Source: Nannocystis bainbridge (lineage in GTDB: Bacteria > Myxococcota_A > Polyangia > Nannocystales > Nannocystaceae). Taken from it: a stretch of DNA of 64,000 nucleotides. Where the stretch lies: contig NZ_JAQNDL010000003.1 of the NCBI RefSeq assembly GCF_028368995.1, positions 2,944,001-3,008,000 of the forward strand, written 5' to 3'. Below, piece after piece: positions 21,153 to 33,279 of this stretch; positions within the stretch are counted from its first letter, which is position 1, and every line of letters begins with the position of its first letter. A program made the position numbers and the translations under genes. The notes under the pieces are model-generated. The model had not been told where the DNA came from. It saw only the letters and a program-made list of their open reading frames with translations, and did no database searches.

Positions 21153-23162
21153 TCAGCGCGACAGATACGGGTAGCTCTGCAGCACCCCGAGCAGCCACGA
21201 CTCGCCGAGCGTCGTCTCGACCGCCAGGTGGCGGTCGCGCAGCCAGCGGATCATCCGCTCCACATCGAAGTCCATCGACGACAGCACGTCTTCGCAGGTC
21301 GCGCCCATCTTGATCTCGAACGTGAGGTTCTCGCCGAGCTCCACGCGTTCGCTGCCTGGAAGGACCATGTCGTCGTCCGGGTTGCGGAGGATCACCTCGT
21401 GGCAGCGGGCGAACAGGTTGTGCACGTTGCCCAGGCTGTCCTGGTACGCCCCCGTCATGAAGAACCCCAGGTAGTACTTCTCGTCCGAACCGCGGCGCTG
21501 CTCGTGCAGCGGCAGGTACGGCATGTTCTCGTCGGGGTGGGCGAACGTCTCCACGCAGCCGTCGCTGTCGCACGTGATGTCGACGATCTGCGCGTTGATG
21601 GTCGGCTTCTCGCCGTGGCGGGACAGCGGCGCCGCGGGGAACACCTGGTCGATGCTCCACGCGTCGGGGATGCTCTGGAAGATCGAGAAGTTGACCAGGT
21701 ACTTCTGGTGGGCCTTGCCGAGGAAATCGACGATCTCCTCCGGCGGGTGCTGCATCGCCTCGACGATCTGCTTGACCTTGTTGCGGATCCGTCCGAACAG
21801 GCCCTCGGCGCTGGCGCGGTCCTGCAGGCTCAGGTAGCCGCGCGAGAACAGCTGCAGGCACTCGTCGCGGTAGTCGATCGCGTCGTGGAAGTACTCCTCG
21901 ACGTTCTTGATGTTGAGGCTCTCGAGCGTGTTGCGCAGCTCGTGGACCAGGCGGTGCTCGTCTTCGGCGGGCTCGGGCACCGGCATCAGCTCGCCCTGGA
22001 CCTCGCGCAGGTCGGCGATCGTCACCGCGTGGTTGGCCACCACCACGCGGCCTGACTCCGTCAGCAGCGTCGGCTGGCGGGCCCCCACCTCGCGGCAGGC
22101 CTCGATCACCTCGAACACCACCTGCGACGCGTACTCCTCGAGCGAGTAGTTGGCCGACGACGGGTACGACGTGCGCGAGCCGTCGTAGTCGACGCCGATG
22201 CCGCCGCCGAGGTCGAGGTAGCGCAGCCGCGGCGCCAGCTGCTGCATCTCGGCGTAGATGCGCGCGCCCTCGCGGACCGCCGTCTTGATGCGCTTGATCT
22301 GGGTGATCTGCGAGCCGATGTGGAAGTGCAGCAGCGACAGCTGCTCGACCATGCCGGCGGCCGTCAGCTCGCGCACCACGCCAAGCAGCTCATTGGTCGT
22401 CAGGCCGAACTTGCTGCTCTCGCCGCCCGAGCTCTGCCAGCGGCCGCTGCCGCGGCTGTACAGCTTGGCGCGCATGCCGACCTCGGGCTTCGCCGTCCAG
22501 TCCTGCTCCTGATAGACGTCGAGGTAGCGCCGGACCTCGCGCGTCGACTCGAGCACGATGATCACGTGGTGCCCGAGCTCGGCCGCGTGGAACGCCATGC
22601 GCATGAACTCGCGGTCCTTGTAGCCGTTGCAGACCAGCAGCGAGCCCTTGAGCGGCGGCTGGGCCATCGCCAGCAGCAGCTCCGGCTTCGAGCCGGCCTC
22701 GAGCCCGTAGTTGAACTTCTCGCGGGCCTTGACCACCGTGTCGACCACGCTGCGGCGCTGGTTGACCTTGAGCGGGTACACGCCGATGTGCTTGCCCTCG
22801 TAGCTGTTGTCGGCGATCGCCTTGGCGAACCCGTCCTTCAGCGTCCCCATCTGGTTCTCGATCATCGTCGGGAAGCGGACCACGTAGGGCGTGCGGATGC
22901 CGCGGCGCGCCAGCTCCTGCGACAGCGCGTACAGGTCGACCGCCGGCGAGTTCGGGGCCGCGAACACCAGGTGGCCCTCGCCGTTGGAGCGGATGAACGC
23001 GCTGCCCCAGCGGTTGATGCCGTAGCGTTTGAACGACGTCTCGACCGCGAGCGCGAGCGCCTGCGCCGAGCGCTTGCTCGCGTCGGGCTCGAGACCCGCC
23101 GGCACCTCGACCGCCACCGGCGCCGCCGGCTTGACCACATCTGCTTCCGTCGTCTGGCTCAT
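21153..23162 (-). CDS. speA: Biosynthetic arginine decarboxylase
   Basis: YPLKVNQ (PLP Lys), GLEAGSKPEL, HFHIGSQI, DLGGGIGVDYDGS, DITCDSDG motifs. Confidence 0.95.
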   Translation of the reverse strand: MSQTTEADVVKPAAPVAVEVPAGLEPDASKRSAQALALAVETSFKRYGINRWGSAFIRSNGEGHLVFAAPNSPAVDLYALSQELARRGIRTPYVVRFPTMIENQMGTLKDGFAKAIADNSYEGKHIGVYPLKVNQRRSVVDTVVKAREKFNYGLEAGSKPELLLAMAQPPLKGSLLVCNGYKDREFMRMAFHAAELGHHVIIVLESTREVRRYLDVYQEQDWTAKPEVGMRAKLYSRGSGRWQSSGGESSKFGLTTNELLGVVRELTAAGMVEQLSLLHFHIGSQITQIKRIKTAVREGARIYAEMQQLAPRLRYLDLGGGIGVDYDGSRTSYPSSANYSLEEYASQVVFEVIEACREVGARQPTLLTESGRVVVANHAVTIADLREVQGELMPVPEPAEDEHRLVHELRNTLESLNIKNVEEYFHDAIDYRDECLQLFSRGYLSLQDRASAEGLFGRIRNKVKQIVEAMQHPPEEIVDFLGKAHQKYLVNFSIFQSIPDAWSIDQVFPAAPLSRHGEKPTINAQIVDITCDSDGCVETFAHPDENMPYLPLHEQRRGSDEKYYLGFFMTGAYQDSLGNVHNLFARCHEVILRNPDDDMVLPGSERVELGENLTFEIKMGATCEDVLSSMDFDVERMIRWLRDRHLAVETTLGESWLLGVLQSYPYLSR

Positions 23163-23434
23163 CTCGCCGGGGATGATGGGTGCGCATCGGCCCCGGCCGC
23201 AAGGCCCTCCCGGCGATCTCCCGCGGCCGGCGCCGGTGTCGGCCGTGCGGAGCCCGGAATTACGGGCGAGCGGGCCCCACGGACCCCGCCGGCCCGAGCC
23301 GCGAGGGCCACCGTTCGCGCCGGTCGCGGCGGGCGGGCCTCGCACCGCCCGCCGCTCGTCGCCCCGGTTGCTCGCCCGCGCCTCTGCTATCCTCCCGCCC
23401 CGCGCCCGCAGGGCGCCCCAGGAGTCGTCACGGC

Positions 23435-25112
<1,678 letters not shown>

Positions 25113-25114
<2 letters not shown>

Positions 25115-25164
25115 GCATGCTCTGAAGACCATGCCCGCGAGGACATGTCTTCGCGGGCATGTCC
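25113..25164. repeat. 14-bp-phased palindrome array (4 units)
   Basis: Cores at 25116, 25130, 25144, 25158; convergent junction. Confidence 0.85.
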
Positions 25165-25187
25165 TTTGGGTCACACGGACCCCTCGC

Positions 25188-26807
25188 TCAGTAGTTCCAG
25201 GCCACGCAGTCGGTCGTCGTGCGCACGACGAACTCGGCCAGCGTGCGCAGGTTCCTGGTGAACGTCGCGGTGTCGAGGTAGTCGCCCGGGGTGGCGCCGC
25301 TGCGCGGGCCGCCCGGGCCGTAGCTGGTGATCCACCGCTCGTTGTTCACGGCGGCGTCGACGGCCTGCGCCGTGTCGGCGCGCAGCTTCTGGCACGAACG
25401 CTTCATCACGGTCGTGTCGCTCGCCAATCGGTCGTACTCGGCGCGCAGCGCCGCCAGCTGCGACGGGCCCTCCCACCCGTAGTTCTGGTAGGTCGGCGGC
25501 GCCTGCGAGAAGCGGACCGGATACCCGCCCGGGTTGACGGTGAAGAAGCCGACGTTCGCCGGCGAGGTGTCGTCGAGCTCGATGTAGCGGTGGATCGACG
25601 TGTCGTTCGCGTGGTCGACGGTCTCGAGGTACGCGAGCGCGGTCCCCACCGCGGCGCGGTTGGCCGGCACGCCCGGGTCGAGCTGGTAGAGGCGGAGCAG
25701 CGCCCACATGACGTCCTGGCTCTCCTGCCCGGCGATCGCCGGCACTTCCCAGCTGCGCGCCCACCGTGGCTGCATCTGGATGTCGTACTGCTGGGCCCAG
25801 GCCGGCTGCGGCTGAGGCATCTGCGCGCGGCGCAGGAAATCGCCGTAGGCGGTGAGCATGGCCTGGTAGGTCGTGGCCTGCGCCGGATAGACCTGCCTGG
25901 CCCAGTACAGCATCTCGACGAAGGCCGACGCCAGGTTGTCGTTCAACGTCGGGTCGTCCCAGTACTCGTTGCCGTAGGCGTTGGCGTAGCAGTTGGCGAG
26001 GCCGCACGCGGTCCCGATCGAGGGCGGATAGCTGGCCTGCAGCGCCGGCCGGGCGGCGACGGGACCGGCGAACCCCTGCGGAAAGCCGCCGTGGGTCGGG
26101 TACTGCGAGGTCTCCACGCGCGCGCGGGCGTAGGCCGAGGAGCCGGAGAGCGCCGTATCGGCGAAGCCGAACAGTTGGTCGGTGCGCATCATCGCAACCA
26201 GCGCCAGCTGGGTGACCTGGTCGTCGTAGACCGAGAACTTGCAGCCGCCGCAGCTACAGCTCGCCGTGGTGTTGAGGTAGCAGGCCTTGAGCGTCGGCGT
26301 CGGCTTGAAGTCCGCGTAGAGGCGCCAGCCGCCCGATTTGACCTGCCCGTGGCGCAACGCCATGGCCGCGTCCTTCGCGTAGGTCTTGAGCGCCGGCGTC
26401 GCCGGGTCGGCGAGGGCGGCCTCGACGAACGCGATCGTCACGTCCGCCGTGCCGGGTGACTGGATCATGATCTGATCGTCGTCGAGCTGGATGTCGCCCC
26501 AGCGCTCGCTCAGGTTGGTGGCGTTGTGGTGCCACGCGTAGCCGCCGTGCCGGGCGACGTTGTCGTGGAAGAACTTCGCCGCGTTCCGCATGCGCCCGAG
26601 CGCCTTGGCCCGCAGCGGCGTCGCGGCGGCCGGCTCCGCCTCACCGATCGCCAGGTTCGGTCGTGAGCCGTCGCGCGCCGGCTCGGCGCCGGTCGAGTCG
26701 CTCTCCACTTCGGTGTCCGTCGTTTCGCTCTCCGATTCGGTGCCTGGCGCGTCGCAGGCGAACTGCGAGAGGAGCGGGAAGAGAGCGAGCGTAAGCAGTC
26801 TTTTCAT
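25188..26807 (-). CDS. Pectate lyase PelA (PL10)-like lipoprotein
   Basis: Lipobox; GGFPQ, TLNDN, AQMPQPQPAWAQQYD...PRWARSWEVPAI motifs. Confidence 0.75.
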   Translation of the reverse strand: MKRLLTLALFPLLSQFACDAPGTESESETTDTEVESDSTGAEPARDGSRPNLAIGEAEPAAATPLRAKALGRMRNAAKFFHDNVARHGGYAWHHNATNLSERWGDIQLDDDQIMIQSPGTADVTIAFVEAALADPATPALKTYAKDAAMALRHGQVKSGGWRLYADFKPTPTLKACYLNTTASCSCGGCKFSVYDDQVTQLALVAMMRTDQLFGFADTALSGSSAYARARVETSQYPTHGGFPQGFAGPVAARPALQASYPPSIGTACGLANCYANAYGNEYWDDPTLNDNLASAFVEMLYWARQVYPAQATTYQAMLTAYGDFLRRAQMPQPQPAWAQQYDIQMQPRWARSWEVPAIAGQESQDVMWALLRLYQLDPGVPANRAAVGTALAYLETVDHANDTSIHRYIELDDTSPANVGFFTVNPGGYPVRFSQAPPTYQNYGWEGPSQLAALRAEYDRLASDTTVMKRSCQKLRADTAQAVDAAVNNERWITSYGPGGPRSGATPGDYLDTATFTRNLRTLAEFVVRTTTDCVAWNY

Positions 26808-27150
26808 GAACGAGATTCTCCTGTTTCAGCGGTCGTGATCGATGGTCCACGCGTGCGGCCTCGCCGAGAACGTCCTGCCGCGCGCGGCCCGGCCCGCCCA
26901 TCGGAGCGCGCCGGAGCGCGCCGGAGTCGTAACGAAAGACCCACGCCGGGCACGGTCCCCGATCGGCCGGCAACGTTACAAACCACGGCACCGAAGTCGC
27001 GACCTCGGTCGACGACGAGCGCGAGCGCGCTCGAGTCCGTCTCTGCATGAGGACGACTCGAGGCTCGCGTCACCGGCTCATGTCACCCGCTTCGCGCGTC
27101 GCCGCTCCCTTGCGCGACGCGAATCATTGCTGTCCCTTGGGACATGACCT

Positions 27151-27408
27151 TCAGACCAGCCGCGGCATCCGCTCCAGCGCCGCCTGGCGCTCGAGCAGCA
27201 CCGCCGTCAGCACCGCCCGCACCGCCGGCGCGTCGAGCCCGCGCAGGTGGCCGAGCAGGTGGTCCATGTGGATCTGGAACCCGCAGCGCGTCACCTCGAC
27301 CGGCGTCAGCGGGCACTGCATCTCGCCGCGGTGGAGCAGCGCCAAAAACCGCTTGAGGTCCTCGGTGGGCACACGGACGAGCGCGTTCTGCAGCATCGCC
27401 GGGGGCAT
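27151..27408 (-). CDS. Small hypothetical protein
   Basis: Compact helical ORF with typical codon bias. Confidence 0.65.
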   Translation of the reverse strand: MPPAMLQNALVRVPTEDLKRFLALLHRGEMQCPLTPVEVTRCGFQIHMDHLLGHLRGLDAPAVRAVLTAVLLERQAALERMPRLV

Positions 27409-27571
27409 AGCCCCTCGCCCGCCTGCGGGCAAGCGCGGGCGCCTCGCGCGTCGCGCTCGCCCGGGCCCGCCGACGCCCTCGCGCGCCGCACGGGCCGCGC
27501 TCGCTCACGAAGCCGGCGACGTGCTCACCGGCATCCGACCTCGCCACGACGGTCCGTCGCGCCCGGCCGCC

Positions 27572-28075
27572 TCAGCCTTCCGGCGGCGGGTCCGGCAGGC
27601 GGAACGACCTTATGAAATCTTCGCCCGCGCTGTGACAGCCGACGCACACGTCGGGTCGGCCGGAGAAGCGCGGCTGGTCGCTCGAGCCGTCGTACTGCTC
27701 CCACGCCCACACGCCGGCCTGCTTCTGCATCACCGCGACCTGGACCAGCGACCCGCCCTCGGCCGCGTCGTAGCCGGCCAGGACCACCATCGCGTCCTCG
27801 GACCAGGCCAGCAGCCCCTCGGGCAGCACCATCGCCAGGTCGGCGACCACCACGTCGTTGATGTAGATGTCGACGAACCCGCCGTGCGGCGCGACCACCG
27901 GCTGGCGCTTCTCACGGTTCTTCGGCCGGGCCCACATCGTGTAATCGCCGGCCTCGGCCAGCAGCGTCGGCGCCTCGGACACCGGCTGCAGCGGCTCCTC
28001 GCAGCCCGCGGGCAGGGCCCCGAGGGCGACGGCGGCGATCGCGGCGCGGCGGCGCATCGACATCGTCGACACCAT
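27572..28075 (-). CDS. Monoheme c-type cytochrome lipoprotein (cytochrome P460-like layout)
   Basis: AGC lipobox; VAVMQK...WAWEQY and C-terminal CVGCH. Confidence 0.7.
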   Translation of the reverse strand: MVSTMSMRRRAAIAAVALGALPAGCEEPLQPVSEAPTLLAEAGDYTMWARPKNREKRQPVVAPHGGFVDIYINDVVVADLAMVLPEGLLAWSEDAMVVLAGYDAAEGGSLVQVAVMQKQAGVWAWEQYDGSSDQPRFSGRPDVCVGCHSAGEDFIRSFRLPDPPPEG

Positions 28076-28106
28076 AACACCCTTTGCGGCTACGATCCGC
28101 GCCCCC

Positions 28107-29435
28107 GTGCCGAGAAACCCCATCACCGCCCGCGCCCTGGCCGTTCAGACCCTCCGGCAGATCGATCAACGCCGCGGCTTCAGCAACCGGATCCTGGCCG
28201 AGCAGTTCGAGCGTCACCCGGACCTCGAGCGGCGCGAGCGCGGCCTCACCACCAACCTCGTGTACGGCGTGCTGCGCCACCGCGGCCGCCTCGACGCGCT
28301 GATCGACGCCGTCGCCGTGCGCCCGAAGAACCTCAGCGCCCGCGCGCGAGAGATCGCCCGCGTCGCCGTGTTCGAGCTGCGCGAGCTGCAGCACCCGCCG
28401 CACGCCGCGATCTCGCAGGCCCTCGGCCTCGCCACCGCGCTCGACCCGAGCGGCGGCCTGGCCCGCCCGCTGCACGCCATCCTCTCCGCCATCGACCGCG
28501 AAGGCGCCGCCGCCGACGCCCGCCTCGCCGCCGGCAAGCCGCTCGACGTGCTCGCCGATCGCTGGTCGATCCCCCGCTGGCTCGCGGGCCGCTGGATCGC
28601 CAACCTCGGCCCCGACCTCGCCCTCGCCCGCGCCCGCGCCCTCGCCGAGCCGCCCGCCGTCGAGCTGCGCGTCGACCTGTCCCGAACGACAGCCGACGAC
28701 GTCGCCGCGGCCCTGCGCGAGGCCGAGCCGAAGGCCCTCGTCGAGCCGATCGCCGACCAGCCGCAGGCCCTGCGGGTGCGCAGCGGCGGCGAGCTGGTCC
28801 GCCACCCGCTGCACGAGCGCGGCCTGTTCTCGGTCCAGGCCCTCGGGGCGCAGCGCGCCGCCCTGACTCTTGCGCCATGTCCTGAAGAACATGTCCTGGA
28901 CGCCTGCGCCGGCATGGGCACCAAGTCGCTGCAGCTGGCCGAGCTGATGGGCCGCCGCGGCCGTCTGGTCGCCGCCGACGCCAGCGAGCTCCGGCTCGGC
29001 GAGCACGCCGCCCTGCGCCGCCGCGGCGGGCTCGACGTCGAGGGCCTCGAATTCACCTCGGTGATCGCCGACCTCGCCGCCGATGAGCCGCAGCCCGGCG
29101 TCGACGACTCGACCTACGACGCCGTCCTGCTCGACGCCCCCTGCACCGGCCTCGGCAACCTGGCCCGCCACCCCGAGCTGCGCGGCACCGTGCAGTTCGC
29201 GGACATCGCCGTCTGCGCCGCCCTCCAGCGCCGCCTGCTCGACCGCAGCCGCGCCCGCGTGCGCCCCGGCGGCCGCCTGGTCTACGCCGTCTGCAGCCTC
29301 GAGCCCGAGGAGGGCCCGCGCCTGGTCCGCGCCGCGTGCGACGCCGGCAGCTTCACGCTCGAGCACGAGGAGACCTGGACGCCCGAGGCCCACCAGACCG
29401 ACGGCTTCTACCTGGCCCGCCTGCGCCCGAGCTGA
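28107..29435 (+). CDS. rsmB: 16S rRNA m5C967 methyltransferase RsmB/Sun
   Basis: NusB-like N-terminus; VLDACAGMGTKS, LLDAPCTGLG, VYAVCS, DGFYLA motifs. Confidence 0.9.
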   Translation: MPRNPITARALAVQTLRQIDQRRGFSNRILAEQFERHPDLERRERGLTTNLVYGVLRHRGRLDALIDAVAVRPKNLSARAREIARVAVFELRELQHPPHAAISQALGLATALDPSGGLARPLHAILSAIDREGAAADARLAAGKPLDVLADRWSIPRWLAGRWIANLGPDLALARARALAEPPAVELRVDLSRTTADDVAAALREAEPKALVEPIADQPQALRVRSGGELVRHPLHERGLFSVQALGAQRAALTLAPCPEEHVLDACAGMGTKSLQLAELMGRRGRLVAADASELRLGEHAALRRRGGLDVEGLEFTSVIADLAADEPQPGVDDSTYDAVLLDAPCTGLGNLARHPELRGTVQFADIAVCAALQRRLLDRSRARVRPGGRLVYAVCSLEPEEGPRLVRAACDAGSFTLEHEETWTPEAHQTDGFYLARLRPS

Positions 29436-29447
29436 GCCTTATCCTCA

Positions 29448-29471
29448 GGACATGTTCTAAAAGGCATGTCC
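29448..29471. repeat. 14-bp-phased palindrome pair just after the rsmB stop
   Basis: ggacatgttc taaa aggcatgtcc. Confidence 0.7.
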
Positions 29472-29504
29472 TGAAGGTCAGACGGCGCGTACCCTCACGC
29501 CTCC

Positions 29505-29710
29505 AGCAGTGCATCGATCGGCGCCGCGGCTCGGAGGGCAACTCCGGGCCTCGCAGCCGTTGGAGCGCATCGATCTTTGCCGGGCTCCTGGAGGGCAACT
29601 CCGGGCCCCGCAGCCGTTCAGTGTATCGATTGGCGCCGCGCTCCTGGAGGCCCACTCCAGGCCCCGCAGCCGTTCCGTGCATCCATCTGTGCCGCGCGAC
29701 TCCGGGCCGG
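29505..29710. repeat. About 55-bp intergenic tandem repeat (3-4 units)
   Basis: ggagggcaactccgggcc(t/c)cgcagccgtt recurs three times near 29533, 29589 and 29646. Confidence 0.8.
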
Positions 29711-29759
29711 TGCGCCGGGGCCCGCTCGCACGTTCGCGCCAGTGGCGCGCTTCTGTGCC

Positions 29760-29811
29760 GGACATGGCCCCGAGAGCATGCCCTTCGAGACATGCCCTTC
29801 GGAACATGTTC
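29760..29811. repeat. 14-bp-phased palindrome array (4 units)
   Basis: Cores at 29763, 29777, 29791, 29805. Confidence 0.85.
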
Positions 29812-29924
29812 GAACGAACACTCAAGTTTCGCTCACGGCTGCGCTCCGGCTCGCTCCGCCGCGCCTGCGTCGAGGTCATCCTTCGCCTCGACGCGCATCG
29901 AGTTTTTTCAAGAGCGGCTCGCTG

Positions 29925-30530
29925 TCAGGGCTGCGCCCCGGGCGACGCCGGGGCGGGTGGGACCCCGCCCATCAGCTGCTGCAGCTTGGCCGCGTTCGGG
30001 TCGTCCGCGGGCACCGCGTCGATGAACTTGCGGGCGTGGTGCTGGGCCTCGTCCTTCACCCCCGCTTCCCACGTCAGCACCGCCAGGTTGAAGCGGGCCG
30101 GGTTGTAGCTCGGATCGGCCTTGAGCGCCGCCAGGTAGCGGCTGCGGGCGTCGTTGTACTTGCCGCGCTTTTGGGCCACGAGGCCCAGGTTGTAAAGCAC
30201 CAGCGCATCGCCGGCGTCGCTGGCGAGCGGCTCCAGCAGGCGGGTCGCCTCGTCGAGATCGTCGCGGAGGATCGCCAGCTTGGCCGCGAGCAGCTTGGCG
30301 TCGCGGCCGGCACCGGCGGCGATCGCCTGCTCGGCGGCGAGCCGCGCCTCCTCGTGGCGCCCGGCGGCCTCGAGCTCGAGCGCCTCGAGGTACTTCTTCT
30401 CGGCCTCCGGCGACGCGGCCGGGGCCTCGGCGCTCGGGCGGTCAGGCGGGGCAGCCGGCGAAGAGCCGTCGCAGGCCACGGGTAGCGCGAGCAGGAGCGG
30501 GAGCAAGGCACGGCGCAGGCACGAAATCAT
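29925..30530 (-). CDS. TPR-repeat lipoprotein
   Basis: LPVAC lipobox; LYNLGLV...ARFNLAVL TPR motifs. Confidence 0.85.
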   Translation of the reverse strand: MISCLRRALLPLLLALPVACDGSSPAAPPDRPSAEAPAASPEAEKKYLEALELEAAGRHEEARLAAEQAIAAGAGRDAKLLAAKLAILRDDLDEATRLLEPLASDAGDALVLYNLGLVAQKRGKYNDARSRYLAALKADPSYNPARFNLAVLTWEAGVKDEAQHHARKFIDAVPADDPNAAKLQQLMGGVPPAPASPGAQP

Positions 30531-30649
30531 CAAGGACCTCGGTCGACCTCGCAGTCGTAGCATAGTTCCGCCGCCGACGTCCTCTGCGCGTCGCGGCGCC
30601 CCCTCCGCCGCGCCACCGTATCCCGCCGGTCCGCCGCGCGCCGCCGCTC

Positions 30650-30705
30650 TCACATGTCCCGAAGGACATACGCCTGCACGCGCGCATGTCTCTCGGGACA
30701 TCCGC
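30650..30705. repeat. Two 14-bp-phased palindrome pairs in a divergent promoter region
   Basis: Cores at 30653/30667 and 30685/30699. Confidence 0.65.
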
Positions 30706-30858
30706 GCCGCAGGCCCGTGCAGCGGCCGACGCACCCGCCTCGCGCGAACCTGGCGCTTGTGGTCTCGCTGCCAATCGTGATAGCTTGGGCTCCGATCGAC
30801 GTGGGTCGATCACCGCGTCCCTCGCTGTGGACGTCGCTCTTCGGAACTGGGGGTGATC

Positions 30859-31398
30859 ATGCGCCGAACCGCGCCTATGCGCCGGTATGGGGCTGTCTTG
30901 GGGCTATTGTCGATCGTTGGATTCGCGGGCGGGTGTGCCGACGACACCACCGCCGGCACCCTCTCCATTAGTGGTACCGACGGCACCGCCACGACTGGCG
31001 ACCCGCCGACGTCCACCGATTCGCCGACGTCTCCGGCCACCACCGACACCCCCACGACCACCGTTTCGACGACCACCACCGATTCGACGACCACCGAAGG
31101 CCCCACCACCACCGAGGGGCCCACGACCACCGATTCGGCGACCACGACCACCACCGACACGACGACGAGCACGACGACCACGACGACCACGACGACCACC
31201 GATACCGACACGACCACAGGCGATCCCGTCGTCGGCCGCTCCATCACCCAGACCGTCAACAGCGGCACCGTCGCCTCCAGCCCCAACTTCCGCATGGTCT
31301 TCACGCTGGGTCAGCCGACCCAGAACCAGGGCATCTACTCTTCCGCCAACTTTCGCCTCCAGGGCGGCCTCATCGGCGCCAACGGGAACCCGCCATGA
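30859..31398 (+). CDS. Thr-rich lipoprotein, copy 1 (partner of collagen-like protein)
   Basis: FAGGC lipobox, poly-Thr stalk, C-terminal beta-rich segment; ATGA overlap with the next gene. Confidence 0.85.
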   Translation: MRRTAPMRRYGAVLGLLSIVGFAGGCADDTTAGTLSISGTDGTATTGDPPTSTDSPTSPATTDTPTTTVSTTTTDSTTTEGPTTTEGPTTTDSATTTTTDTTTSTTTTTTTTTTDTDTTTGDPVVGRSITQTVNSGTVASSPNFRMVFTLGQPTQNQGIYSSANFRLQGGLIGANGNPP

Positions 31399-33248
31399 TC
31401 TCGACACGACGCAACCGGAAGAAGCAGTGGTGGCTCGGCGCGGCGCTCGCCTCCGCGTGGCTGCTCCCCCTCGACGCCAGCGCCCTCGCCGTCCCCGCCC
31501 TCGTCACTCACCAGGGTCGCCTCTTCGACGCCAATGGTGGCCCCGTCGACGGCACCCAGGACATCACCTTCGCCATCTACGACGCCGAGCTCGCCGGCAA
31601 CGAGATCTGGGCCGAGACCATCAGCGTCACCTTCGAAGAGGGCTTCTTCTCCGTCCGCCTCGGCGAGCAGCTCGTACTCGACGAGCTCGTCTTCGACGGC
31701 AGCACTCGCTGGCTCGGCATCACCGTCGGCGCCGACCCGGAGATGACCCCTCGCGCCGCCGTCGTCAGCGTCCCCTATGCCATGTTCGCCGGGGACGTCC
31801 GCGGCGAGATCAACCCCCTCAGTGTCAACATTCAGGGCTTCGGTCAGGTCATCAACGAGAACGGCCAATGGGTCGGCGATCCTTCAGGATTGATCGGTCC
31901 CGCCGGCCCGCCCGGACCTGCCGGTCCCGCTGGCGCCGAGGGTCCCGCCGGACCTGCGGGCGCTGAAGGCCCTGCCGGCCCCGCCGGTGCGGCCGGTCCT
32001 GCCGGCGCCGAGGGCCCTGCCGGTCCTGCTGGCGCCGAAGGCCCTGCCGGTCCCGCCGGTCCTGCGGGCCCTGCCGGCCCCGAAGGCCCCGCCGGCCCCG
32101 CTGGCGGCGACGGTCAGGTCGGCCCTGCCGGCCCCGCCGGTCCGGCAGGTCCTGCTGGCGCCGAGGGTCCGCAGGGTGCCCAGGGTGCCCAAGGCCCGCA
32201 AGGCGACATCGGCCCGGTCGGTCCCCAGGGCCCGCAGGGCGACCTCGGTCCCGTCGGTCCCGCCGGTCCGCAAGGTGACATCGGCCCTGCAGGCCCCGCT
32301 GGCCCCGCCGGTCCGCAGGGCGACCTCGGCCCCGCCGGCCCCGCCGGTCCGCAGGGCGACCTCGGCCCGGCCGGCCCCGCCGGTCCCCAGGGCGACCTCG
32401 GCCCCGCCGGCCCCGCCGGTCCGCAAGGCGACCTCGGTCCCGCTGGCCCCGCCGGCCCCGCCGGTCCCGCCGGTCCCGCGGGCCCGTCGGGTTCGCCGGG
32501 CGAGCCGGGTCCTGCGGGTCCCGCCGGCCCCGCTGGTCCCGCCGGTCCCGCTGGCCAGCAGGGCACCCAGGGCGATCCAGGCCCGGCTGGCCCCGCCGGT
32601 CAGGTCGGTCCCGCCGGCCCCGCCGGCCCCGCTGGCCCCGCCGGTCAGGTCGGCCCCGCCGGCCCCGCTGGCCCCGCCGGTCAGGTCGGCCCGATCGGCC
32701 CCGCCGGCCCCGCCGGCCCCTCCGGCCCGCAAGGCGGCGTCGGTCCGATGGGCCCCGCCGGTCCTGCCGGCGCGATCGGACCCCAGGGCCCCGCGGGTCC
32801 TGCCGGCGCTGCCGGTCCCGCTGGCCCCGCCGGCGCGGTCGGTCCCCAGGGCCCGCAAGGTCCGCAGGGTCCGCAGGGCGTGCCCGGTCCGACCAGCGTG
32901 CCCGCGTGCCCCGGGAGCCCCTACGCCGATCAGATCACCTCGGTGAACACGGTCCGCTCGCTGCTCTGCGTGTACCACGAGAACTTCGGCAAGAACTGGA
33001 ACGGCTCGGCGAGCGATTGTTACACCTTCTATGATGGGGCGCATCTGTGCCGCCACGAGGAGATCCGCCGCGCCTGCATCGCCGGCAACGGGTTCGCGCC
33101 GATCAACAATTCGTGGCTGGCCGACCGGATCGACGACGACGACGCGCTGCACACCAACAGCACCGACTGCAACAACTTCGACGGCCAGGACGGTTACAAC
33201 GCCGGCAAGACCGGCAAGTACTGCTGCTCCGAATGGCCCAAGTACTGA
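31395..33248 (+). CDS. Secreted collagen-like protein 1 (about 110 GXY triplets, Cys-rich tip)
   Basis: Signal peptide, HQGRLFD...SVPYA N-domain, uninterrupted GXY run, C-terminal 6-7-Cys domain. Confidence 0.92.
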   Translation: MISTRRNRKKQWWLGAALASAWLLPLDASALAVPALVTHQGRLFDANGGPVDGTQDITFAIYDAELAGNEIWAETISVTFEEGFFSVRLGEQLVLDELVFDGSTRWLGITVGADPEMTPRAAVVSVPYAMFAGDVRGEINPLSVNIQGFGQVINENGQWVGDPSGLIGPAGPPGPAGPAGAEGPAGPAGAEGPAGPAGAAGPAGAEGPAGPAGAEGPAGPAGPAGPAGPEGPAGPAGGDGQVGPAGPAGPAGPAGAEGPQGAQGAQGPQGDIGPVGPQGPQGDLGPVGPAGPQGDIGPAGPAGPAGPQGDLGPAGPAGPQGDLGPAGPAGPQGDLGPAGPAGPQGDLGPAGPAGPAGPAGPAGPSGSPGEPGPAGPAGPAGPAGPAGQQGTQGDPGPAGPAGQVGPAGPAGPAGPAGQVGPAGPAGPAGQVGPIGPAGPAGPSGPQGGVGPMGPAGPAGAIGPQGPAGPAGAAGPAGPAGAVGPQGPQGPQGPQGVPGPTSVPACPGSPYADQITSVNTVRSLLCVYHENFGKNWNGSASDCYTFYDGAHLCRHEEIRRACIAGNGFAPINNSWLADRIDDDDALHTNSTDCNNFDGQDGYNAGKTGKYCCSEWPKY

Positions 33249-33279
33249 GCCTCGCGCTGCTCCGGCCGATGGATCGACC

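Noticed and set aside
19803-22055. Long alternative-frame ORFs (also 9121..11280, 56553..59210, 56960..59521, 59899..61812)
   Set aside because: These are shadow ORFs typical of high-GC DNA and overlap well-supported genes.
29505-29710. Mini-CRISPR
   Set aside because: The linkers are related to each other, the repeats are degenerate, and no cas genes are present.
29867-29908. Intrinsic terminator (gcgtcgagg/cctcgacgc stem plus T6)
   Set aside because: The T-tract is 8 nt from the stem and far from the rsmB stop, so it is too weak to call.
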